64,000 bases of DNA from Eledone cirrhosa (taxonomy: Eukaryota): contig OZ024745.1 in the NCBI GenBank assembly GCA_964016885.1, positions 77,624,001 through 77,688,000 on the forward strand, read 5' to 3'. The position numbers and the translations under genes are program-made. The notes under the pieces were generated by a model that ran no database searches, had not been told where the DNA came from, and saw nothing but the letters and a program-made list of their open reading frames with translations. Below are positions 14,868-28,355 of the stretch, one piece after another (within the stretch, counting starts at the first letter, position 1; the number at the start of each line of letters is the position of its first letter).

Positions 14868-15080
14868 GGTGGATTGGCTATATCGGTAGAGCATCGAACA
14901 AAATGTTGCGCTGTATTTAGTTACGACTTTCTACATTTTGAATTCAAACGAGACCGGTCAAATTTGCCTTTAACACTTTCGGGGACAATAAATTAAAGTA
15001 CCATTTTTATAATGGAATCAATATAACTGATGTTTTCCTTCCCCTAAATTTCTGGCCTTGTGCCAATGCTAGAAACAATT
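14868..15080 (+). mobile_element. tRNA-derived SINE, major family, diverged
   Basis: GGTGGATTGGCTATATCGGTAGAGC head; ...CGGGGACAATAAATTAAAGTACC; tail CTGGCCTTGTGCCAATGCTAGAAACAATT. Confidence 0.75.
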
Positions 15081-15329
15081 AATTAGAGGATTATATATTA
15101 TATATAGTTCTTTTTATTAACTACGATTGCATAATAACTGTTATTGTATAGTGTATTATATACTAACTAATACTATATAGAGAATTATATATTAACTCGT
15201 ATCTATTTCAAATAACAATACAATAGATATTTAAAAACGGAAAATGAAGAGAAGGGCAAGGATTCTGGGGTCACAAAAGAATGGAGAGAGTGCGGTGATG
15301 GGCCCTAGGCCTAGGGCGTGGCGTTGTTG

Positions 15330-15540
15330 GGGCTGCAGTCCGCGGACAAGACCGCAAAAGTATTTCCGCGAACAATGGCCAGCAACACCCGCTGCAACAG
15401 CCACCCCACTTAGCAGGGCTTCTTCCCTAGACGGTCTTCTGACATTCTGATCTTACGGAGGACCTCGGCGATATGGAGTCCAAGTACGTCTGAGGTCTCG
15501 ACGGCGACCGGTGCGAAGAGGAAGCGGCTTGACAATCCTT
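15330..15540 (-). pseudogene. C-terminal endonuclease fragment of a CRE-like non-LTR retrotransposon
   Basis: Minus strand translates FAPVAVETSDVLGLHIAEVLRKI...*VGWLLQRVLLAIVRGNTFAVL, matching the CRE-type FxPxAxETxG...WLxQRxxxAxxRGN terminus. Confidence 0.7.
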
Positions 15541-15698
15541 AGCATTTGAGTATTATATATTAACTAGAGGGTTACTTATCATTTGACATGTAATATTAAG
15601 AATATAGTTTTGCCTATGTGTCTAATATCAGGTAATTTTACATAGGTACGATGATTATATTTTTGTATTTCCAATTTCACAGTATTTTTACAAAATAA

Positions 15699-16345
15699 TC
15701 TATATATATAAAACTGAGGATGTCTGACTCTGTGTGTGTGTGTGTCTGTGAGTTTGAATCCCTAAAACTCGAGAAGTACCCAACCGATTTTTTGAAACTT
15801 TACATGTGTATTACTTATGTTTCAGGGAGTGTTATGCACATAAAAAATTCAACTCTTTGATTCCCTAGGGCCCGCATTAGGTGAAAAACTGCATTTTTTC
15901 AGCTTTTTAGGTTTTTTTTTAGGTGTTACGTCAGACCGATTTCCTTGAAATTGTAACTATGTATTAGTCAGTCTCTTCTTCATACCGTGAGCAAAGAAAA
16001 ACCAACTTTTTTATGGCCTAGGGCCTGCATTAGGTGCAAAACTTCATTTTTTCAGCTTTTTAGGGCTTTTTTGAGGCGTTACGTCTAGCCGATTTTCCCG
16101 AAATTTCAAGGCATATTATGCACATAAAAAAAATCATTTTCTTGATCTCCTAGGGCTCACATTAGGTGAAAACCTGCATTTTTCCCGCTTCATTCAGGAA
16201 AATCTTAAAGATTATCCAGCCATCAGAGTATTCGGTTTATTTTCTTTACATATTGTCCAGGCATGCAGTTTATCCACGATTAGGTCTGTTGGCAGCCCGC
16301 GTTCCAAAATACCTTATCCCGTGCAACGCCGGGTACCACTGCTAG
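15699..16345 (+). mobile_element. Non-autonomous Helitron with internal ~155-bp tandem repeats
   Basis: A|TCTATATATATAAAA start, subterminal hairpin CCCGTGCAACGCCGGG, CTAG|T end, no TSD; about 2.7 internal repeats (CCGATTT...CTAGGGC..CATTAGGTG.AAA). Confidence 0.85.
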
Positions 16346-16729
16346 TAAATAATAAATAAATGCTAATTTTCAAAATATAAATGTTTATTAGATTAAAATT
16401 ATGTTAAGTAAAACAAGTTTTTCATTTATATAATTGCAATAAAACATGTTATCAAATACTACTTTTTAAATACCAATTTATTCCACGTTAACATAGTGAT
16501 GATTGTCATACCATGTAGTGGTATATTTTAGCGTATCCTAGTAAACAATAATGAATATACTGTTGTCCGGCAGTGAGTGTTCTAGACGTTTGAACAACGG
16601 AAGAGCTCGTGAAATTAACGTGCAGGTGGTTGAGCATACAACAGACACATGAACCTATAACCTAAATATCAGGAATATTCAATGACTATATGTGTCAAAA
16701 CTCATCCTTTGAATTACAGGCACAATATA

Positions 16730-16900
16730 TTTTCAGACTCGGTCCCAACAAATCTGGCCGAGTGTGTGTGGCCGCTCAAGAACGAGAACCGAAACTTCAG
16801 AATGAAGTGGAAGATCCTCAAATATACACTTCCGTACGCACGCCCAGAGCCATCCCTGCATATCGGAATGTGTGGCCATTATAAAACTGAAAAACATTGG
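16730..16900 (+). pseudogene. Penelope GIY-YIG C-terminal fragment
   Basis: TNLAECVWPLKNENRNFRMKWKILK..PY aligns with TALSELIWSLKDKNIKYTIFWKKIS of the intact ORF. Confidence 0.65.
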
Positions 16901-16920
16901 AATTAACTTGCGGTCCGAAG

Positions 16921-17265
16921 TAATAATTGTTTCTACTTTTGGCGCAAGGCCAGCAATTATCCCAGTGCATTACTGGTACTTTATTTTATCGACCCCGTAA
17001 GGATGAAAGGTAAATTTAACCTCGGCGGGATTTGAACTCAAATCATAAAGGGCCGTAACTCTTTGGTGCAGAGCATGGCGTCCGACCCTCTACCGATACT
17101 GCCAATCCACCGCCAAAGTAATAATTGTTTCTACTTTTGGCACAAGGCCAGCAATTACCCAGTACATTTCTGGTACTTTATTTTATCCACCCCGTAAGGA
17201 TGAAAGGCAAAGCTAACCTCGGCGGGATTTGAACTCAGATCGTAAAGGGACGTAACTCGACGTCG
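16921..17265 (-). mobile_element. Two tandem tRNA-SINEs of the major family (16921-17113 full, 17120-17265 truncated)
   Basis: A box TGGCAGTATCGG, B box GTTCAAATCC, core TTGCCTTTCATCCTTACGGGGTCGATAAAATAAAGTACC (Meta-domain-like); AAGTAATAAT duplicated around the first copy. Confidence 0.9.
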
Positions 17266-17564
17266 TAATAATGAACTGTAGGCACTTGCGGGCCCAACTT
17301 TTTACCAGGATCACACGTTTGCGGACCACAAGGAACAATAACACACCAACCTGAACGCATGCCAATGGACTTAGTATACACAACTACAATACGGATAAAT
17401 GCACATCTGTCGGTATGAGCTCCTTCATAAGAATACTATTTTTCTTGCTCCCTTTTTGTCTCCTCTTTTATAGTTAATGTTTCACGTTTTCCATCTATGC
17501 TATAGTACCACAAGAAAAGTGTTTGGCTGAATATATGGGGAAGTGTGTATGTGTAAATAGGTCT

Positions 17565-17691
<127 letters not shown>

Positions 17692-19399
17692 AAAGCAGGC
17701 GGGTACGTCTCTGTGCGTGTTGCCTATCAGTATACATATATATATATATATATACGTGTATATATATACTGATACGCAACACGCACAATGGGTACATACA
17801 TACCCACACATGCACAGTGAAATATATATATATAAACATATCTATATATAGTTGACGTGCATATCGTGACAGTTATTTTAGGAATGGAATAGAATCTATT
17901 TAGTAAATCATTAGTTATAACATGACGTCACAGTTAAAGCCTTTAAACATACATTCTTGTGATGCTACTAACAGTGGAATTAAACTTTATAATAAAGGTT
18001 TGTTGATTGTTAAAATACTCCTCTCTCTTTTCCTCTCATAACAGAAATATTTCAATAAGTACTGTTATAAGTGTTTAGGAACGGGAGACTTTTTACTAGA
18101 GATTGTTTTAAAGATTAAGCACCATCATCATCAACCGCTTCATCGTCATCTTTCTAATCTTAAACAGCATCAGCATGATAATATATGGCTATGAAACTAC
18201 ATTCACTGAGAGTGACATGTTACTGACTACAGTAGTATTTTTGTGAGTAATTTTGCTTGAAGGATCAACTGAAACACTGTATTCTGACTGTGCTTTGAAT
18301 GTTTCAACAATGGTTGACTTCTTCCATTACGAATCTTCTGCATCAATCTTTGAGAGAGGACTAAATGTAAAAGCACTGGCTAAAACCCTCAACCAGCATC
18401 ACTAACACACGCATAAAATAATAACATACACATAAAAATAAAGGTAAAAGTTTATTCATGCACTTTTAAAAAACTGATTATTTTGTTAAAAACATTTAAT
18501 GGTCTTCATTATAGACGAAATAAAGATATGAAGGTAAAGATATGTTAAAAACATTTCAAATAAACTTGAATGAGGATAAAGATTTTGAATGTCATAAAAT
18601 TTCTTAGCTGTTAAGAAGAATTCAATGCAATTATGGATGCTCCGTTGTTTGATCAACGCAACAAAAATGTGACGGCTGGACCTTTGAATTACAGGGACAA
18701 TCCATCCGACGAGCTTTAGGTCTATCCAATTTTACTGACAAGTTTATGAAATAATTCACCTGAGATTTGTTATTCTGTTCAAGTGACTCGACTCCCCTGG
18801 AACTGAACGACACTTAAGCAGCATTCGCACACCCATGCTGGTTATGGCTCAAGAGGAAACCTCTACTTAGTCACTTGACCTGTTAGAAATAGCAGCAAGA
18901 TTAATCCAAATCACATTCTACATACATAAAAAAGGAAGGAAGGACTTACTTAAGATAATATTAGTTGAACCCCACCCCCACCCCTACATCCGACCCCACA
19001 AAAAGCTGGAAGATCGTGTATTTATCCAAAAGATGTTACTTCTAGAGATAATAGTAGTCGTTTGGTCAGCTTGAGTGTCAGAAAGAAAACTGAATCGACA
19101 GTGGAAGAAGTAGGCCAATACGTGATTGGTTGACTAAACAGAGAGTGCCTAGACAAATTCTAAGAGAAACAAAAGAATTAAAGTAAGGTCTGGGGTGTAC
19201 CAAAAATATGTGTGTGCGTGTGCATGTGTTTTGTGTGCATGTTTGTTGTGTACCAAGTGTGTGTGTGAGTGTCCAAAGTACGTGTACTAAGAGGGGATGT
19301 ATGAGGGTCGACTGAAAAGTTCATAACTTGACCAAGATATTCACATAGAATGACCAAATGAGGTTTATTTTTCAACAACATTTTCTGGAAAGAAATAAT

Positions 19400-19583
19400 T
19401 GTTTCTACTTTACTTACAAGGCCAGCAATTATCCAGTGCATTACTGGTACTTTATTTTATCGACCCCGTAAGGATGAAAGGCAAAGTCAACCTCGGCGGG
19501 ATTTGAACTCAGATCGTAAAGGGACGTAACTATGCTGGAAAGCATGGCGTCCGACCCTCTACCGATACTGCCAATCCACCACC
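19400..19583 (-). mobile_element. Young full-length tRNA-SINE with a 16-bp TSD
   Basis: TCTGGAAAGAAATAAT at 19384-19399 and 19584-19599; A and B boxes intact. Confidence 0.92.
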
Positions 19584-20429
19584 TCTGGAAAGAAATAATA
19601 CAGTTATTAATAAAAAGTTATTTTTCTCCTTCAAAAACAAAAATTCACATCTATTTGTATATGCGCAACAATTTATGTACATGTAATGTAGAGACAGGTG
19701 GGAGAGATAGATATAGATATAGAGAGGGGGAGAGTTTGGTTGTAATTGATATAGAGAGGAAGGTTGGGAGGGTCTGTTGTATATTAGATATAGAGAGGGA
19801 GAGAGATTGATTCTTATTGATACAGAGAGAGAGGAATTTGAAGAGAGTTCCATGTAATAGATACACAAGGAGAAAAGTTTGGTGCTAATTGATATAGAGA
19901 GGGGGATTGGAATAGAGTTTCGTGTTGTAGCTAAAGAGAATGGGATAAGAGAGGCGATGTAGCGGTAGATATATAGATAAGTAGAGTTTGGTTTTAGTAG
20001 ATACAGAGAGGGGGATTAAAAGAGAGTTTTCTGTGATAGACGTAGAGAAGAGAAGAGTTTGGTGGCTCCAGTCTCAAATAATAGGGGGGAGAATCAGTAA
20101 TTGTATAGTGCACGTTCGTAAATTTGGGATTTCTTGTAATGTTCTTTTTTTTTGTCATATATAAGGGTTTTTTTAATGTAAAATAAAATAATTATTAGAC
20201 TTTCTATCTGCTGTATCAATATGAATCACTTACAATAAAATTTCGCCGGAGATAGATTAGAAAAATGTAATAAGCTGTTGGGGCTGGGGGTGAAGAAAAA
20301 CCTGGGGTCGTGGTGGAAAAATCTGACAAAATAATAAGCAGAGGGTGGGGACGATTATTCAATACTTGAGAGTACGTGAATTATTGACGGATGTAAGAAT
20401 GAAAACTCATTATCGACGTAGGGTTTAAA

Positions 20430-20575
20430 TATTCATTTATTATGACTAAGCTTTGTTACTGTGGAGTCTCACCTGCATACTCACAGGATCATCAGACAAG
20501 ACTGGTGATCCTGTGAGTGCGCAGGTGAAACTTTAGAGTAACAAATCTCCCCAATAGCCATAATAATTGAATGTA
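20430..20575. mobile_element. Fold-back element with two back-to-back decayed hammerheads
   Basis: Plus: CTGGTGA-TCCTG..CAGGT-GAAAC-TTTAGA-GTA-ACAA. Minus: TTGT-CTGATGA-TCCTG..CAGGT-GAGAC..GTA-ACAA. Each has one core substitution. Confidence 0.7.
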
Positions 20576-20579
20576 TATA

Positions 20580-21468
20580 TATAATATATTATAAAGTAAG
20601 AAGAAATATTAGACATAAATAAATACCCATTTTTTCATCAAAATCCCGACTGTACAATTTCGTGGCTACTATGCAAAAATCCTATATCATAGAGATGTAA
20701 CATTTTTGTGAGGTAGGCCAACCTTTCAAGGGAACACCTCAGGGAAATATTTCCAAACAGGTCTGCATCGCGCGAGAGAATCTCGAAAAGGCGGAGGGAG
20801 ACCCTATCACGTGATACAGTGGTCAAGAAATGGGGTTAAATCCCTTGTAGCAATGAAAAATATCACAGAAGGCGGAGGGAATATTAATATGATGCAGAGG
20901 CTACAGAAGGGTGGTAAGGAAAACTAGAAGTGTATATAGTATTAGCTTGAAAGTAGTCACTATACTTCCGTGGTTACTCTACCGTGAGGGAGTTATAGAC
21001 AATAATGAGAGGTACACAAATATATGTGTACACATACATATACATGCATATATACACATACATTTTTCACAAGTATGTGAGATTGTGTATTGTCAACCTT
21101 AACCAGTGTTGTTCTATGATTATGAGAGACAAGATAATCGGAATAATTAAATTGACTCTATATCAGAGCTATGTAATATATTATAAAGTAAGAAGAAATA
21201 TTAGACATAAATAAATACCCATTTTTTCTTCAAATTCCCGACTGTACAGTTTCGTGGCTACTTTGCAAAAATCCTATATCATAGAGATGTAACATTTTTG
21301 TGAGGTAGGCCGGCTTTTCAATTATTCCGATTATCTTGTCTCTCATAGTCATAGAGCAACGCTGGTTAAGGTTGACAACACACAATCTCACATACTTGTG
21401 AAAAATGTATGTGTATATATGCATGTATCTGTATGTATACACATATATTTGTGTACCTCTCATTATTG
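20580..21468 (-). mobile_element. Miniature non-coding PLE-like insertion: ~590-bp unit, partial tandem repeat and inverted segment
   Basis: 20580-20728 is directly repeated at 21172-21319; 20999-21146 is inverted at 21320-21468; ends in (TA)n. Confidence 0.75.
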
Positions 21469-21513
21469 TATATATATATATATATTCTTTTATATATACA
21501 TATTCTTTTATAT

Positions 21514-21564
<51 letters not shown>

Positions 21565-21959
21565 AGATGAATAAATTGGGTATAATACCAGTTTCTTACC
21601 AAATGCGAAGAAGCTCGATATGTTAACCCCCTAGGAAAGGGCACAGAGCATAATCTTTTTTAAATTATATATTTACAGTTGCAATGCCAGTACAAATAGC
21701 CTCGTCTAATTTAGCTACCAGCTCCCCTCCTTTCTATTTTTCTCTAACACTATTTCTTTGCTAAACCCTTATCGACATTACTCTTATCTCTCTTTGAGAC
21801 CCCCCCCCCCCTGTTTTTCACGAGATCCTCATGTCAACTTTTGCTTAACTAAATTCTGCCAATCCAACCCCTACTTCCAATGATAATATACGGAAGTAAG
21901 CCGTGAAAGGCGACAGCAAATGTTGCAAACTAGCTTCATATTTTCACCAACGGTGATAG

Positions 21960-22300
21960 CACAAGATCTACAAAGTCACTTAGCGTAATAACAAATGAAG
22001 AAACCTTCCGAAAGTCCAATTCCCACAAACCACAGTACATTGTTGTAGGACGCCGGGTCAGATTAGCTGAGCACATTGTAATGGCTTCAAACACCAAAGG
22101 TGAAAAAGTAGAAATTTGTTGGACTTTTCCAGAATATAAGGTGAAGGGAGGAAGACCAAATAACCAGCGTAGTGCATTTCTAAAAGACGTAGAGGAAGCA
22201 AACATCAATTAGGAAAGATTTAGAAATACCAACGAATGGTCAATTGAACTACCGAAACCTTGTTTTGCGATACACCGAACAACCCAGGAGGATCTAAAAC
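21960..22300 (+). pseudogene. RTE-clade LINE 3' relic
   Basis: IVVGRRVRLAEHIV...ICWTFPEYKVKGGRP...FLKD resembles the RTE RRLRxAGHxxR...W.P...RGRP C-terminus. Confidence 0.55.
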
Positions 22301-22874
22301 TAAAATTAAATCCATTTGAAAACCAGGGGCATTTGAATGCGTTGAAGTCTCTAGCAATAATGGCACTTGTGAAAGCATTAAAATGTTTCAGTTTGGTTGT
22401 GTGACCTGCTGGGACAATTCGTGATTGTTCGATCTCGATTTCACGAACTTGGTGATAATTATATAGACTATGGAAAACTATCTCTCTGAAAGCGATAACG
22501 CGAAAATCTATCTTTATAACGACAATAATACACCGTGTATTGTATTATAGGGAAAGGAATTTGAATGAATAAATGGAATTTTTTTAGAACAGTTTTGTTT
22601 GAAAAAGTGATATATGTTGCTTCTGAACGTCACCCATAGAAAAGAACTATATCTTTAAATGTAGGCTAATAAACGTATTAAATAGGGACTATTGCTTCCG
22701 TTATCTATGTGTATACGTATTTATTTGCGCACACACCTATGTGAATATGTCATTATAGATGTCAAGGAATATTTATGACTGGTGTCTTCATGTGAAAGAG
22801 TATATCTGTGAACTTTGATCTATCTATTTATCTATCAATCTATCTATCTTTCTCGCAATACATATGATATATTC

Positions 22875-22905
<31 letters not shown>

Positions 22906-25900
22906 CATACAAACATACATACAAACATGCATGCATACATACAAACAAACATACATACATATAAACCCTATCTCCCACACAGACGTGTGTATATCTGTTC
23001 TATTTCTTTTATCAATTTTCCCTTGCGAAAATATATACGCGAACTTTGATCTGGAACCCATTTATATATTAACGGGATGAATTGTTGAGGTTATTAGCGT
23101 TATATGATTGCTTGAAATATCGTATTAAGATGATAAAAAGTAAATATTTTCATTCTCATCTAAAGATGGCAATTCAAATTTGAATGGGTTCTTTATTTTG
23201 TTCCCTCCCATTTAATAACAATACAAACAATTCTGAAAATGTATAAAAGCATACTATTATAAAAAAGCATTCGGAGCTTCACCTTTTTAAAAGTAGGATG
23301 TTTTACTGTGATAGTAGGAATATAAAGCATTTATTGCTATTTCCCTTGGACATATTCCCTTTTGAAGAATTACGGAGTTTTTGTTTATTGTTTGCGGGAT
23401 ATCCCAATTCCGCAAGAAGTAAATCTTGAATAGGAGTACCATTTTTACAAATCCGCGGGAAAACCTGAATGTCACATTATTTTATTTATCTGCACCTCGT
23501 AAAAAAACGTAAGGCTTTATATGTTTACACGAGAAGTTAATATCGGTTTCAATTAACAACTGGATTTCGGTTTTCATAGCAATGCAGTTAACTCCACTTC
23601 TTTTGTCGATGCTGGCGATGCTTAGCTCTCTCGGTCCCCGTACCATCTCCCTCTTCAATGCTACCGGGATGGTGTTGGTCACTCACAGAAGTGAGTCCTG
23701 CGAACTGAAATGTCTATTTTAACGCATCTCTCTCGCTATCCTCCGGTGTAACGAATTCTATATTCTTTACCCATATTCTATACGCTGGGACCACAAACGA
23801 GAATGCGTTTGGGGTTCTACACTCCAGAGATCGTTCCCTCACACTACCCTAGCTCATAATATTAGGGTAGCGATAATTGAATATTCTCTCTTTTTTTAAA
23901 AAGAATTCTTCAACTGTGGGTTGTGCAATCTACGGACGCGTATTTTGAGTTTATCGAACACGAATATATGTATGAATATAATCATAACTATGTACATTAC
24001 AGACAGCTAACTAACTGAATAAATGTATTCAATCATATGGGTTGATTACAAAAAAGATGATCTAGTTCGAAAATTTCACAATTATCTACCTGTATTTAGA
24101 CAGATACAAGACCCAATTCGACAGGTCTGTGAGAAAATAAAACCTTAAAAAAATACAATATTGTGGTGGTAGGCGTCAGGTTCACACGAGCGTGATTGTC
24201 GCAGTGGGTGGTGTGCTTTCGTTAAAGACACTCGCTTATCCCCTGGTGTATACAATGAAAGGTTACTATTTCCTTTATGCACATCTTGCAAGGATGTTTA
24301 AGTTTGTATGACACACCCAAACATCTCTTTTAGTTATTAAATCTAGCACATGATCACTTGAATAAACGTACCCTTTTTATTGCTTCTCTGCTTAGGTATT
24401 ATATGTCAGTCCTATAGACACCAACCTTACTAGATATCTGAACAAGTGACTTTGGCATCAATTTCTGCAGATGGAAGCCGCTCAGCACACTATGAGAATT
24501 TGCATAGCTTTAACCTAAGACTAGAATCGTCTGGTGGGGTAAAAAATTACTAGTTTGTTTATAGAGATATATGCTAGTATATCAAATTTCACTTAGTAGT
24601 TTCCTTTTATTGGTAACAGCTATTAGGGCATGCATTCATAATCAGCATGTAACTATGACAAGCAGATTATATATCTTGTTTTGTGTAGTTAGAATTTTGT
24701 ATCATTTAGGACATCTTAGAAATCTAAACTGTATAACAAATTAGAGTTTTAGGCATTGTGCAGAGCGTGAGAAATAAATATAAACGAGAGCAAAAAGGCA
24801 TATATCTATTTCAAGCTTTCATATTCAATAAATATCTTTTCTGCACTCAATTTCTAATAGTTTCTCTGTGTACTGCTATATATATATATGAACAAGTGAT
24901 ATTATCTGTCACAGTGTTATGAAATATGTAAGAACGCTAGATTTTTAAATGAGAATTTCTATATGATATATAAGAAACTAATTTCCTACCAGGATCCCAA
25001 ATGCTTAACTGCTGCTCATGTCACAATTCCAACTCTCTTAATGCAGTGTGGTTGATTTGTAACACATTATATAATCAAACTATATCGTCAAAATAAAACA
25101 ACAGTTGAGAAGATTAAATATTGATTTAATACTTGAATATAAATAAGTTGATGACTTTGTAGAAAAGTAGAAAGACAGACTAAATGGGTACTGCCATTCC
25201 TTTTTTCAAAAAGCCACGGGAAGAAAGTGTTTTGGTCATGGACATAGTTTAGTGCCTCTGATGTGGTGCTAACCATCTCCGTTTCACGTCGTATTAACAC
25301 AGTATACTGGTATAGAGCTCCATTTTCATTTTAACTGTACAGAAGTAGTTTTAGAATATTTTTCTTTTGGTAGGGAAAGTTTCTATGTTCCTAATTGCCA
25401 AGCCGTTATTACGTAAATGATTAATAGAATTTATTTATTTATTTATTTATTCTAAAATAAAACATTTAAATTCATAGACATTTCAATTTGATATTTATAC
25501 ATCATGTTTTACGTATTCCGTTTCGTGGATGTATAGAAATAGATTAAATTCAAACATATTCTATTTGCCTCGCAGATGATGAAGATTCTGCTACCATTTA
25601 ATATAGCTCAGAAACCAGAAACACATTAGTAATGCATGCATATAGTTTATAATCCCTGTGTTGATTTTAATACAGTTATTCTACATAACATTATAGTAAT
25701 TTAAATTACTCTAAGCTACCATTTTATTGATCTCTGAAAAGAAACTCTCTCTACACACAAAAATAGCGACAAAAAACGAACTAACACAATATGATTATAT
25801 TTTGAGAAATATTTATAATTTCTATCAATAAACATTAAATCCAAAATATTTATTAATAACTTTGTCGTGGGATCTCTCTGCTGAAATAGGAGGGATTTGA

Positions 25901-27132
25901 ATTCATCTAATATTCTTTTTAAGTATTATTTTTCGCAGATGTGAATAGTAAGTTATGTATGTCTTTAGTTGTTTTTAACTGAGTTACTCTACACAATATT
26001 GTATTAATGTTTTACATCTCTAAGCAACTCAGCTGTTGAGCTCTTAGTTCGGTTTTACAAAAGTACTATGCTGGTATATATGTATTAATGGTTTGAATGT
26101 AATATGGATTACCATTTGTTTCGTAGACGTAAACAAACCAGTTCAACTCCTCAGATATGATACAAAATAAACCGATATATCACTCTTAGTTTCTCATTTG
26201 CTTTTATTTCATCACTTTTCTAATCAATAAACTAGAATCTTTCTAAAAATTTCGTCTCTTTTCTCAGTTACATTATATTATCGAAATTGTCATGGAAGTA
26301 TGAATTCCTGGTGATCGTGCCATGTGGTTTTCTATTTATTACCTATGCGAATTCCAAAATTGGTACTTGAACACATCGCCCTAATACATAACATTTCTCG
26401 ATCGTTGTTTAAGAAGATAGACAGTATTTCTTACTGTTGTCTACTTACTACAATGGGAACCAAAGAGTAGAGTTGCTGCGGGTAAAATTGGGTCGACGAA
26501 AACTACAAAGAACTCCGTCGAACTGCATCTGTTCCTGGGTGGAAGACTTAACCTATCACCCATTCTAACACCACTATCCAGTCACTAGGTACATAACGTA
26601 GATATAGTGTACTCTGTTGAAAGCATTCAGACCAGGTCACTGGTGTAAGGATAACACGATATCTTGATGTGCTGTTTCCTACTACAGCAACTCCCAAATT
26701 GTGGTTTCTTTCTCTATTCTCCCCAACAGTCTCAAAAGTCCTTCCTTTGACAAAGCTACAAAAAAAGTGTTTTCATTATGGGCATAGTCAAGTGCCTTTG
26801 ATGCGATGCTAACCATCCATGTTGCACATCACACCGTATACAGGTATTCTGCCATTCCCCTTTTTATTTGCAAATGAGGTCAATTTGGTGAATGCTTTCT
26901 TTTTATAGATAGGGATACGAGATCGCTAATTCCCAAGGTCCCAAGGTGACAGTCCCAAGGTGATTAACGTGATTATGTCAGATCTTTCTTGCCGGAATAG
27001 GTTTCAAATATTTACGTCTCGCAGTAAATATATTAAAATTGCATCAACTTTATTTCAGACTATTCCGAAATATAAATAATACGAAGGTAAGTCAAAGGGG
27101 AGTATTTTGTAATTCTGGTGAGTTTATTGTAA

Positions 27133-27328
27133 ATAATGGTTTTTGATTTAGGTACAAGGCAAACAATTTTGACCCCAGTGTGTTACTGGCAGTTTATTTT
27201 ATCAACCTCGTAAGGATGAAAGGCAAATCTAACCTCGGCAGGATTTGAACTCAGAATGTGAAGGGCCGTTACTCTATGCCACAAAGCATGTTGTTCGATG
27301 TTCTAACGATAGTGCTAATCCACCGCCC
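27133..27328 (-). mobile_element. tRNA-SINE, major family
   Basis: GTAAGGATGAAAGGCAAA..AACCTCGGCAGGATTTGAACTCAG...TAATCCACCGCC. Confidence 0.85.
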
Positions 27329-27942
27329 TTTTATAATAAAAGAATATAACTGATACCGAGATGTTCAAATCTTGTATAGGAAGATGAAAGTAAACAGTGT
27401 TTTAAATAGAATGGCAAACGTAGAAAAGGTAATACAGAGAAACAGAAAAAAGTATATGTGGCGGGAACAAGAAAAAAAAAGTAAGTGCACATGTACGCAT
27501 CATATATGTCTATTTTACAATGCAGAATATTTGCATATCATTCTTTGAATTTGTTTACATAATCAGTATAGTGTTTATCTATCTAATCTAGTTTTTTGTG
27601 TAAACCTATATTTGTACATGTGTTTGTGTTAGTGTGTGCCTGTGTGCATCTGTCTGGTAAAAATGTGTGAGCTGGTGTCTCGTCTATGCGTATGCATATA
27701 CGAGTATGCGTAATGAATAGTTAAGTATCGAGGGAAACACAATAGTCTAGCATTCACATCTATCTCAAGGACAGTAGCGAATATTAGAAGAATGGTTTTA
27801 ACCGGGAACCAAACCTAACTTGCAAAATGACGATACTCGAAACGATTTTTAATTTTAATTAGATATATTTAATAAGGAACCCGAATTTTTAATTTATATT
27901 CTAAACTCAGAGTGTTTAGCAAAATATCCTGAAGCCTCCTCA

Positions 27943-28080
27943 TAATTGTTTCTACTTTTGGCACAAGGCCAGCAATTACCCAGTGTATTACTAGTACTTT
28001 ATTTTATCGACCCCATAAGGATGAAAAGCAAAGTTAACCTCGGCGGAATTTGAACTCAGAATGGCAAGGGCCGTAATTCT
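27943..28080 (-). mobile_element. 5'-truncated tRNA-SINE, major family
   Basis: Matches the consensus tail, core and B box. Confidence 0.85.
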
Positions 28081-28318
28081 AAAAATTGTTTTCGCTGCTT
28101 TCACTAAACATGAAGTCTATAACCCCCCCCCCCAAAAAAAAAATAATTTAGTATCACATTCGAACCATCATCATTCTAAATAAACAGACGGTCTCAATTC
28201 CAATAGCGGAATGAAATCTGCGTTTCTTAGAATATCTAATCACCAACGTTACCCTTTAAGATAATTTTAATAAAACAGCTTACATTGCTTAAATACACTT
28301 GAACAATGATTGCAGGAA

Positions 28319-28355
<37 letters not shown>

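Noticed and set aside
18190-18370. Possible host exon on minus after TTTTACATTTAG
   Set aside because: Short frame with no recognisable domain and no partner exons.
20066-20372. Possible MITE with weak TIRs (CTCCAGTCTCAAATAAT / ATTATTCAATACTTGAG)
   Set aside because: Too degenerate to support from one copy.
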